A DNA stretch of 64,000 nt, taken from Azolla caroliniana. Its lineage: Eukaryota > Plantae > Polypodiophyta. Below the pieces are notes generated by a model. It was not told where the DNA came from. It saw nothing but the letters and a program-made list of their open reading frames with translations, and made no database searches. Positions 26,925-36,995 of this stretch are shown here, one piece after another. The position numbers and the translations under genes are program-made. Location of the stretch: the NCBI GenBank assembly GCA_043228905.1, contig JBHGNT010000018.1, positions 11,594,001 through 11,658,000 on the forward strand, in the 5' to 3' direction. The first letter of the stretch is position 1; every line of letters starts with the position of its first letter.

Positions 26925-27350
26925 AACCGGAAACCGGCCGGTAAACAAATCCGGAAACTGGTTGGTAAGCAAATCTAGAAATCGGTCCGGTAAGCAAATC
27001 CGGAAACTGGTCCAGTAAGCAAATCCAGAAATCGGCCGGCAAGCAAAACCGGAACCGGAACCGGCAAGCAAAACTGAAAACCAGTCGGCAAGCAAAACCG
27101 GAAACCGGTTGGTATGCAAAATGGAAATCGGACGGTAAGCAAAATCGGAAACCGGCCGGTATGCAAAATGGAAACCGGACGGTAAGCAAAACCAGAACCG
27201 GAATCTGTATCCAAACCGAAAACTGGTCGGTAAGCAAAACCAGAACCGGAACCGGCAAGCAAAACCAGAACCGGCCGGTAAGCAAAACCGGAACAGGTCG
27301 ACAAGCAAAACCGGAACTGGAACCGGCCCGCAAGCAAAATGGAACCGGCT
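26925..27350 (+). repeat. Degenerate tandem array (AACCGG / AAGCAAA units) in the J 5' LTR; sister arrays at ~39405-39785 and ~60890-61100
   Basis: Repeated AAGCAAAACCGGAACCGG-type units of ~21-27 bp. Confidence 0.9.
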
Positions 27351-28017
27351 ATCGGACGAGGTTGGACGCAGACGGACGAAAGATTGGATCATGCTACAAA
27401 CTAAAGTAAAGTGAAGAGAACTAAAGTAAAGGCCATGTGGACGCAAGCAACTAAAGTTGGAGTGCATGCAAAAAGTAAAGGTCATGTGGACGGTCACATG
27501 CAACTAAAAGTAGAGGCCATGCAACAAAAAGTGGAAAGGCTATGATCAAGGGAGAACTCTATATATATTCCATTTTTCTTCTTACACTCATATGCTCTCT
27601 CCATATTATATTGTTCTTCTTTTCCTTCGGAGCTCTCTTATCTTATCGAAGCCAAGAACCCTAAATTTCCTTACGAAAGTCATAAACCCTAATTTCCTAA
27701 TCAAAGCCATATAACTCAAAAACCCTAATTTTCGAATTGAAGCTAAAAACCCTAATATTCTAATTAAATCCATATTTCATTTCTTCTAATCTATTAGTCT
27801 AGTCATCTCCATTAGCAAATTTTTGTAATCCCAATCTTGGGATTAATTGTAATCTTTCTTTCCCTTTATTAATGAAATTTGTGAATCTTTATCATTTTGT
27901 ATTAATTGTTTAATATAATCATACGAATCTGATATCTTCCGGTCGGAGGCCCCGGGGTCCTGCCTCAAAGTTCACGTATCCTCGTCGTATTTTCGCGACA
28001 TCTTTGGTGAACCCGAC

Positions 28018-30234
28018 GTGAAACGAGGCAGTAGGAGGATATCAAGTACGAAGATGGCTTCGACAAGTGGAACTCAAGGAGAAGAATCGACGAAAGGCAT
28101 GGTGTCCGTCGTCGAATTCATGCTGAAAGAGAGAGATCGAGAGGCTTTAGTCGACAAAGTTGTTGACCGAATTGTGGAGATAGTTGGAAGATTCGGTGGG
28201 AAGAACATCATAAATTTCCTTGCTACCTACCGGAACGAGATGCAACAAAGAGATGTCCATGATCCAAAACAAATTTCAAGCTTTAAGCGTGTGGTAGAAC
28301 CTAGGATCCGTGAGCGCGTGATGGAGATCCCAAACCAGCATGCAACTTGGGCGGAGTTCGAAAAGGCTCTTCTCACTGAATACATGCTTGAAGACGCATC
28401 GCGTATGACTCGGCATACGTTAATGAATTGGATCAAGAAGAAAGGGAAGAATCTGTGTGCATCGGGAATTTATGCCGAATTCGACCAGAAGTACAACCGA
28501 CTTCCGAGTGTCTAGCAACGAGTTCTCGACGGAGATAAAGTCTTACTATTCCTAAAGGTAATGGATGCGAAAGATCGGCGAGAATTGGGCAGTTTCTTGG
28601 AGGACAAAACACAACCAAATGGTTTGGTAGCGGACTGGGCGGCGGTGAAGAAGGCTTGCAGCTGTTTTGATAAGCGGCGACAATGGCAAGAGGAAGCTGA
28701 GGTCGAGAATCCACAATTGTGGAAGAAGGCACCTACGACGATTGAGCCTAGTAAGCCGATCAACAATTTCGACAAGAACGCAATGGAGGAGTCTATAATC
28801 GAAGAGCTCTCCAAGAAGTTTGAAGCGGTATCGCTAGCCAACTTAGGTCGACGCGGGCCCAAGGGAAAAGAAGCGTATAGATGTGTGTGGTGTGATAGCT
28901 TTGAACACTCACGAAGGGAATGTGCTGACTTGCAAGATGCGATCCGCAAGAATGTCGTCTATTTGGACGGCAACATGATTCACTCGAGCGAGTCCCGAAA
29001 GCCACTACGAGTGAACTTCGGAAGAGGTGGGCTGAAAAAGATTGTAGAAGAAGAAGATGCAAGGCATGTGGAGGCTATGCACTATGCCGCTTCGGCTGGG
29101 ATACGAGTTAGAAAAGAGAATCTTAAAATGATCAAGCCAGGAGCTGGGTTTTGGCCAACGGTCTTCGAGTGCGAAGAAAAAGGCAAAATCAATTCGGAGG
29201 ATCTAAAACTTGCTGACTGAAACGTGCGACAAGCAACCAGATGGTCAAATCCAATCAACGAAAACACAAGCTTTGCGGAGGTTGTGTGTGACACCTATGA
29301 AGCCCTTGTCGAAGAGAAGAGGAAGAGAACCAGTGAAGAAGATGGCACATCAAAGCGACCTAACACGAGGAACGGAGGGAAAGAAGGGCCACCCCAACCT
29401 ATCCCAAGAAAAGAGATTGGTGAAACAAACATGAAGCCCGGTGGATCGAGCCAACCTGCTCGGATGGAAGTCGAAGAATCAACGAAGAAAGGAAAAGAAT
29501 GAGCGGCACCGACTTACAAGCTAAGGTCGGACATAGAACAAACAATTAACTTGCGGAAGGTCCTTGAGGAGAAGGTTTTAGATAGTCATGTCGACCTTAC
29601 CTTGAGAGAGCTACTTGGGATCGCGAAGAAGGAGTTCCATGATACTATCATGGACCTTATTAAAAGGAAGCGGCAACAATCTGATGAAGAGTAGGTGAAA
29701 ACAAGTGCCATAACCATGGCAAGATCGGAAGAGGAAGAAGAAGAAGAAGTAGTGGCGGATAGCCATTACTCGCGGCCTCATTGGGCAAGAGCGACAACGG
29801 AGACACCGGTGAAGATCGGGGAGAAGAAAGAGACCGTGGTCGCTTTGATTGACCATGGCTCAGAGATCAACCTCATGTCGACTGAGTTCTACAAGAAAGG
29901 GAGATGGCCGATTAATACAAATCACAGATGGAAGATTCGAGCGGCGACGAAGGCTACGGAGGACTTGTACGGAGCTTGCCCCAACGTTAAAGTCATGATC
30001 GGGGATGTAGAGATTGATCAACACTTCTTCGTGCAAGACTCGGCTTCACATCCCGTCATCCTAGGACAACCATATATAACATCGTCCCGGATGGAGACCA
30101 AGGTGTTCGATAATGGAGCAGCCTTCGCGCGCGTCAAGAGTCTTGATAGTAAAAGATTCGTTCAATTCCTGACTGTGCGAGCTAATCATGAAAGGAACCG
30201 AGATAGCCTTGGAGGCAAATCCTCGGATTTTTAA
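28018..30234 (+). pseudogene. gag: Gypsy J gag-protease ORF1 (in-frame stops)
   Basis: CVWCDSFEHSRREC and LIDHGSEIN; frame ends TCG GAT TTT TAA. Confidence 0.9.
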
Positions 30235-30287
30235 AGCGGACTATTGAAGCATGGGGCACAAATAGTCCGAGCAATCATAAGTCCCCA
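30225..30287 (+). other. Putative -1 ribosomal frameshift signal (G_GAU_UUU plus H-type pseudoknot)
   Basis: Stem CGGACTATT/AATAGTCCG starts 5 nt after the heptamer; loop TGGGG pairs with downstream CCCCA; the -1 frame is open into pol. Confidence 0.75.
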
Positions 30288-31673
30288 CAAGGAAGCAAAG
30301 TGCGTGGATTGCAAGGAGAAGCAACATGCGTCACACCTGGCGGCGCATGCAAACTTAGACTACTCAACAAGAAGGAAAAGTGTCAGATACAAGACTTCGA
30401 GGAGGTGCTGAAAGAAGAAAGCATAATCGAAGAAGAAGAATTCGTGTCATATATTCTGGAGGAAGCCTCATTTAACGACACCATCGGCGAAATCGAGGAA
30501 GTCGTGGATTTGAGCTATCCTCACCATCAACATGTGATTTCAGTTAACTCCGTCAACATGTATATTATCATCGATGAATATCATCGATGAATATCATCGA
30601 GGCATCTTGATAGAGGAAGCCAAAGTCAACACAAAATATAAAACCGTGGATAGGAAGATCAAGCCAGTTGCAGTTCCGCTACCGGAAGATAGTTGGCAAA
30701 AGATGAAGGAAGTTGCAAAAGATTCAAGCTTAAGGAACCCAAATACAATTGGTCACATCTTCACTGAAGAGACGAAGGGAAAGCTACGAGTTGGAAGGGA
30801 GGATTTCCTCCTCCCTGAAGAGGAGCGGATGTTTCATGGAATGCTTGAAAGACATCGGAAGGCTTTCGCGTTTTTCCCACAAGAAATCGGGTGTGCTAAT
30901 CCAAGGACGGTAGAACCGATGGTGATCTTCACAGTGTCGCATGTGCCCTGGAATTTGAAACCGATACCGGTTCCGAGAGCACACCTACCGAAGCTGATCG
31001 AGCTCTTAAAGGAGAAGGGGAGGATGGGAATTCTAGAACCGTCGAACGCTCCTTATTCTAATAGGTGGTTCACGGTGCCAAAGAAGAATGGATCGTTGCG
31101 ATTCATTCAAGATCTTCAACCCGTCAACAAGGTGACAATTCGGAATGCTGGAATCGGTTTGAGTGTGGATGAATTTGCCGAGGCGTTTGCGGGCCGGTCC
31201 ATCTACTCCATCGGCGATCTCTACTCTGGCTACGATCAATTCCAGTTGGCGGTTGACAGTCGTGACATTACAACCATGAGAACTCCAATCGGGTTGGTGC
31301 GGATGTGTACCTTACCTGAAGGCGCAACGAACTCGGTGGCTCATATGGTGAATGCCATGAACAAGGTCTTGAAGGATTGCATCCCGGATATCACAATGCC
31401 ATTCTTAGATGATATTCCGATAAAAGGATGTTCCGATGAATAGAAGGATGAATCAAAAGATAAGGATGGATGTAGAAAGTTCGTCATGGATCATATGAAA
31501 GATTGCGAGAAGGTGCTCCAAAGGCTCGAAGATGCGAATTTGACATTTTTGGGAGAAAAATCCGCATTCGGGCAACCGGAGATCCTGGTGGTAGGTCACT
31601 TGTGTGGAGCATACGGTCGGAAGCCTTCGCCATCCAAGGTGAATGCAATTCAAGACATGAAAGAAGAATGTGT

Positions 31674-34600
31674 TGATGGAAATAATCGACACTTTCCAAC
31701 CTTCACCTCTCGGTCACAACCAAGGAACCACACGAATCGTTGTTGCAGAAAATGGGAAATGCAAAAGTAAATAAGCGGACACACGATTTAACGTGGAAAA
31801 CCCTGTATGGGAAAAACCACGGGAGTACAAGACTCCGAACCAAAACTATGCACAGAGAAATATACAATGGCGAGCTGCAAGGCGACGACCTTGAGCTCGC
31901 TGTCCTCGCCACAGGCGGCAGAATTACACAGAGGCGTCGACCTCTTCGTCTCTCACGCTCTATCTCTCTCACGGCTGCTCTCTCTTCACTCCTCTTGAGT
32001 GGAAAAACAGAAAAATGAGTAGCAACATAAAAACTGTTTGCCCTAAGTCATATTTATACACATATGACTTTAGGGCTATTTACAACCATAGCCTCAAGGG
32101 CCCTTGGCAAACATATTCACAGATATGTCCCCGCATCCGGATCTCTCTCCGGGTACATTCGTCGTCCGGCTCCGAAGTCGGGGTCTTCATCATCCGGTTC
32201 CGAAACCGCAACCGGGCTTGTCGTCATTCATCTCCGGACATCCGACCATCCCATCCGGAGGGACCGTAATCCCAACAAACTCCCCCTTCACTTCGGCATG
32301 GGATGTCTCTCCAATCCGATCCTCTTCCGGCATGCTTCCAGCTTGTCGGGTGTGAGCACCTTGGTCAGCATATCCGACCCGTTCTCGTCCGTGTGGATCT
32401 TCGTCAGCACAAACTCCTTGTCTTCTATCCTTTCCCGGATCCAGTGATATCTTCGCTGGATGTGCTTCGTCCGGGAGTGATAGGCCGCGTTCTTCGCAAG
32501 GTGGATTGCACTCTGACTGTCGCAGTAGAGTCGGTACTCCACCTGCCGGATACCGAGCTCTCTAATGAAGTCCTTCATCCATATTATTTCCTTGCCGGCT
32601 TCAACAGCCGCCATGTACTCCGCCTCCGTGGTTGACAACGCAACCGTCTTCTGCAGCCTCGACTGCCATGAAACAGCTCCCCCTGCATATGTCATCACAT
32701 ACCCTGATGTGGACCGGCTGGTATCTGCATCAGCCGACATATCCGAGTCGGTGAAGCCGTCGAGTTCGGGCTTACCGGAGCCGAATCGGAGGCACACGTT
32801 TGCCGTGCCCTTCAGGTATCGGAGTATCCACTTGGCCGCGTTCCAATGCTCTTTGCCGGGATTGCTCATGTACCGGCTCACCACTCCGACTGCATATCCT
32901 ATGTCCGGTCGGGTACACACCATTGCGTACATCAAGCTCCCGACGGCAGAGGCATATGGTACTTTCATCATGTCCTCCTTCTCAGCCTTTGTCTTGGGGC
33001 TCTGCTTGCTGGACAGCTTGCAGTTTGCCGGGAGTGTTGACCCGACCGGTCTTGCTTCCGACATGTTGAACCGGTGAAGCACCTTTGTCACGTACTTCTC
33101 CTGTGACAGCCACAACTGCTTCTTCTTCCGGTCCCGGATGATGTGCATCCCTAGTATTTGCCTCGCCGGACCCAGGTCCTTCATTGAGAAGGTTCGGTGA
33201 AGAGCCTTCTTCAGCATCCGTATCTTGACCTGGTCTCGTCCGACGATCAACATGTCGTCCACGTACAGGAGTAGTATTAGAAAGTCTCCTCCTTCGAACT
33301 TCTTCACAAACACGCAGTGATCGGACTGCGTTTTGTGGTACCCTTCGTCTGTCATGAAGGAGTCGAACTTCCGGTACCATTGCCGGGGAGCCTGCTTCAG
33401 ACCGTAAAGGCTCTTCTTCAACCGGCATACCAGGTGCTCCTTCCCTTTCTTCTCGAACCCTTCCGGTTGCTGCATGTAGATCTCTTCTTCGAGGTCACCG
33501 TGAAGGAATGCCGTCTTCACGTCCATCTGTTCTACCTCGAGGTCCATGCTTGCCGCTATGCTCAGCACCGTCCGGATGGAGGTCATCTTCACTACCGGGG
33601 CAAATATCTCGTCGAAGTCAACGCCCTTCTTCTGCTGAAACCCCTTCACCACGATCCTGGCTTTGTATCTCGGGGGGTTTCCGGCATCTCCCGGTTTCAG
33701 CTTGAACACCCACTTGTTACGGAGTGCCCGTTTTCCTTTCGGCAACTCCACAAGTTCATATGTGTGGTTCTCATGCAGGGAATCCATCTCCTCTTGCATG
33801 GCACTTAACCACATGCGGCTATGGGTGTCATGCTTCGCTTCTTCAAAGCTCTCCGGCTCCCCCTCGTCGGTTAGCAGCACGTGCTCTGGTTCCGGAAATC
33901 TCCGGGGAGCCCTTCTCTCTCTTAGAGGATATCTCCGTTCCGGAGCTTCGGTAACCGGTTCTTCCGATTCTTCTTCATCCGAATCCATTTCGGGATCGGG
34001 GCCGGTTCCGGTATCATTTTCATCTTCTTCGGCCGGTTCTGTTTCTTCACCGTCTTCGGCCGGATCTTCGAGTGTTAACCGGTCCCTTGCCGGTCGGGAC
34101 TGCTCCTCGTAGAGTTTATCCTCACCGGTCGACTTGGAGCTCTTCATCTTCTTCTCCGACTCCCAGTCGGCGAGTGTCTTGTTCTCCATGAAGATGATAT
34201 CACGACTCCGGAATATCTTCTTGTCGACCGGGTCCCATACTCGGTAGCCGAACTCGTCATCGCCGTAACCGAGGAATATGCATGGCCGGGTCTTTGGATC
34301 TAGCTTTCCTCTCCGGTCCTTTGCCACATGCACGTATGCGAGACACCCGAACACCTTCAGATGGCGGTAGGATACTTCCCTACCGGTCCACACTCTCTGC
34401 GGCGTGTCTCCGTCCAAAGGTATTGAGGGTGATCTGTTTATCACGTATGTCGCCGTTGACATCGCCTCAGCCCAAAACCCCTTGGGTAATTCCGCATGCG
34501 CCAGCATACTCCGGACCCTCTCCATTATGGTCCGGTTCATCCTCTCGGCTAGCCCGTTCAGTTGCGGCGTCTTCGGCACAATAAACTCGAGCCGGATTCC

Positions 34601-36995
34601 CTTCGAGCGACAGTACTCCGCGAACTGCCCCCGGTATTCCCCTCCGTTATCTGCTCGTATCGCTTTCAGCTTCTTGCCGGATTCCCTTTCCACTCTCGCG
34701 TGGAGTTCTTTGAAGACGCACAACACTTGGTCCTTTGTCTTCAACGGTGCCGTCCACAGCTTCCGGCTGTGATCATCAATGAATGTTACGAAGTACTGGG
34801 CTCCGCCATGTGACTTCGTTTCTACCTGACACACATCAGTGTGCACCAACTCCAATGGTGCGCTACGTCTCGTCGGTGGCCTTGAGTGGAAGGAGGTTCG
34901 GTTCTGCTTACCGGCCAGGCAATCGGTGCACTTCTCCAGGTGCACATGCTTCACTGGAATAAGGTTGTCTTCTGCAAGCCTCTTCATCCCCTTCTCACTC
35001 ATGTGGCACAGTCTCTTGTGCCACAGCTCACCGGCAGTGTCAGCTGCCACGTTCAACTCTTCCGGACACAACCGGGCATTCATAAGGTACAGTGTGTTGA
35101 CTTTCCGGGCCCGAGCCACTATCAGGCTCCCCTTGCTGAACTTCATTACGCAGTTCCGGATGCTACCTGTGTAGCCTTCATCGTCTAGCCTACCGGCCGA
35201 AATCAGGTTCAATCGAACCTCCGGAACGTGTCGGACATCCTTCAGCAGCATTTTGCATCCGGTTGATGTCATCAGCCACACGTCTCCTATGCCGGCAATC
35301 TGGCATGTACCTTCATTTCCCATCCGGACACAGCCGTGCTCACCGGCTGTGTAGGATGAGAAGTATTTCTTCTCCGGGGTCAGGTGGAACGACGCTCCGG
35401 AATCGACCACCCAGGTCGTCTCATCGCCGGCAATGTTTAGTTCACCTTCTTCGGTGATGAGCATGATTTCTTCCTCACTTGCCGCGAGTGCCGTCGTTCC
35501 TTTCCGGTCCTGCCCTCGCCGATCCGGACCTCTCCGGTCCGTGGCTCCCCGGTATGCACCGTTTCTCTCCGGTGACTTCTTCGAAACGGTGTCGTCGGCT
35601 CCGTTGTCCTTTCGGTAATGCCGACAATTCTTCCGGAAGTGCCCCGGCTTCCCACAGTGGAAGCATGTGGGTCTTCCTCTTGACTGCGACCGGGTCCCCG
35701 ACTTCTCCCGTCTTTGCGGACTCCGGTTCCATTGTCTTCCCCGTTCCGATTCGGTAAGCAGTGCCTTCGAGTCGGAGGCCGGTTCTTTATCTCTCCGACG
35801 CGCTTCTTCGTTCAAAATACTTGTCTTTACCATTTGTAGGGACAAGTTATCTTCCGTGCAGGAGGTGCTGAGAGTCACCACCAAGTTCTCCCAGCTTTCC
35901 GGCAATGTACACATCAGAATGATGGCTTGCATTGCATCCTCCAGCGGGAACTTGATCGCCGCAAGCTGGTTCACGAATCCCATGAACGTGCTTACGTGTT
36001 CCACCATACTCTCGTCGTCCCGGTACTTGAGGTTCACTATCTTCCTCATCAGGGAGGTCCGGTTCAATGCATTCTTCCTCTCGTAGAGGCCCGACAGCTT
36101 CCGCCACATCTCATATGCGTTGATGTCGTTCGCCACATGTTGTAGAACGCTCACGTCGACGTATTGCCGAATGGTTGCAACGGCTTTCCGGTTCAGAAGC
36201 CTCCATTCCGACTCAAGTACCCCCTTCGGTATTTCCGACCTGTCAATCGGTTCGTACAGGTCCCGAACAATCAGAAGATCCTCCATCTTGATCTTCCAGT
36301 CGGCGTAATTCTGCGCATTCAGCACCATCATCCCCGGCTGCCCGCTGCCGCCGCCTTCCATTTTCTGCAGCAGCTCGCTCTGATACCAAATTGATGGAAA
36401 TAATCGACACTTTCCAACCTTCACCTCTCGGTCACAACCAAGGAACCACACGAATCGTTGTTGCAGAAAATGGGAAATGCAAAAGTAAATAAGCGGACAC
36501 ACGATTTAACGTGGAAAACCCTGTATGGGAAAAACCACGGGAGTACAAGACTCCGAACCAAAACTATGCACAGAGAAATATACAATGGCGAGCTGCAAGG
36601 CGACGACCTTGAGCTCGCTGTCCTCGCCACAGGCGGCAGAATTACACAGAGGCGTCGACCTCTTCGTCTCTCACGCTCTATCTCTCTCACGGCTGCTCTC
36701 TCTTCACTCCTCTTGAGTGGAAAAACAGAAAAATGAGTAGCAACATAAAAACTGTTTGCCCTAAGTCATATTTATACACATATGACTTTAGGGCTATTTA
36801 CAACTATAGCCTCAAGGGCCCTTGGCAAACATATTCACGGATATGTCCCCGCATCCGGATCTCTCTCCGGGTACATTCGTCGTCCGGCTCCGAAGTCGGG
36901 GTCTTCATCATCCGGTTCTGAAACCGCAACCGGGCTTGTTGTCATTCATCTCCGGACATCCGACCATCCCAGCCGGAGGGACCGTAATCCCAACA
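31674..36995 (-). mobile_element. Ty1/Copia element G (Tork/Tnt1-like), intact, TSD TGTGT
   Basis: 604-bp LTRs 31674-32277 and 36392-36995 (about 5 differences by eye); iMet PBS ending at 36388; PPT near 32278-32290; TGTGT on both flanks. Confidence 0.97.
32288..36361 (-). CDS. Intact Copia gag-pol polyprotein (~1357 aa: Gag, CCHC, PR, GAG-pre-IN, IN, RT, RNase H)
   Basis: Uninterrupted ORF from MEGGGSG. Motifs CFHCGKPGH, WVVDSGAS, HTDV...DNGGEY...AER, QMDVKTAF, LYVDD, KHIQRRYH. Confidence 0.96.
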   Translation of the reverse strand: MEGGGSGQPGMMVLNAQNYADWKIKMEDLLIVRDLYEPIDRSEIPKGVLESEWRLLNRKAVATIRQYVDVSVLQHVANDINAYEMWRKLSGLYERKNALNRTSLMRKIVNLKYRDDESMVEHVSTFMGFVNQLAAIKFPLEDAMQAIILMCTLPESWENLVVTLSTSCTEDNLSLQMVKTSILNEEARRRDKEPASDSKALLTESERGRQWNRSPQRREKSGTRSQSRGRPTCFHCGKPGHFRKNCRHYRKDNGADDTVSKKSPERNGAYRGATDRRGPDRRGQDRKGTTALAASEEEIMLITEEGELNIAGDETTWVVDSGASFHLTPEKKYFSSYTAGEHGCVRMGNEGTCQIAGIGDVWLMTSTGCKMLLKDVRHVPEVRLNLISAGRLDDEGYTGSIRNCVMKFSKGSLIVARARKVNTLYLMNARLCPEELNVAADTAGELWHKRLCHMSEKGMKRLAEDNLIPVKHVHLEKCTDCLAGKQNRTSFHSRPPTRRSAPLELVHTDVCQVETKSHGGAQYFVTFIDDHSRKLWTAPLKTKDQVLCVFKELHARVERESGKKLKAIRADNGGEYRGQFAEYCRSKGIRLEFIVPKTPQLNGLAERMNRTIMERVRSMLAHAELPKGFWAEAMSTATYVINRSPSIPLDGDTPQRVWTGREVSYRHLKVFGCLAYVHVAKDRRGKLDPKTRPCIFLGYGDDEFGYRVWDPVDKKIFRSRDIIFMENKTLADWESEKKMKSSKSTGEDKLYEEQSRPARDRLTLEDPAEDGEETEPAEEDENDTGTGPDPEMDSDEEESEEPVTEAPERRYPLRERRAPRRFPEPEHVLLTDEGEPESFEEAKHDTHSRMWLSAMQEEMDSLHENHTYELVELPKGKRALRNKWVFKLKPGDAGNPPRYKARIVVKGFQQKKGVDFDEIFAPVVKMTSIRTVLSIAASMDLEVEQMDVKTAFLHGDLEEEIYMQQPEGFEKKGKEHLVCRLKKSLYGLKQAPRQWYRKFDSFMTDEGYHKTQSDHCVFVKKFEGGDFLILLLYVDDMLIVGRDQVKIRMLKKALHRTFSMKDLGPARQILGMHIIRDRKKKQLWLSQEKYVTKVLHRFNMSEARPVGSTLPANCKLSSKQSPKTKAEKEDMMKVPYASAVGSLMYAMVCTRPDIGYAVGVVSRYMSNPGKEHWNAAKWILRYLKGTANVCLRFGSGKPELDGFTDSDMSADADTSRSTSGYVMTYAGGAVSWQSRLQKTVALSTTEAEYMAAVEAGKEIIWMKDFIRELGIRQVEYRLYCDSQSAIHLAKNAAYHSRTKHIQRRYHWIRERIEDKEFVLTKIHTDENGSDMLTKVLTPDKLEACRKRIGLERHPMPK

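Noticed and set aside
26854-27503. Overlapping 100-200 aa ORFs (also 39334-39932 and 60803-61339)
   Set aside because: By-products of stop-poor tandem repeats inside LTRs.
36362-36502. N-terminal 47 aa of the 1404-aa ORF call
   Set aside because: Lies in the LTR and PBS. The start conserved in C, G and H is MEGG at 36361.
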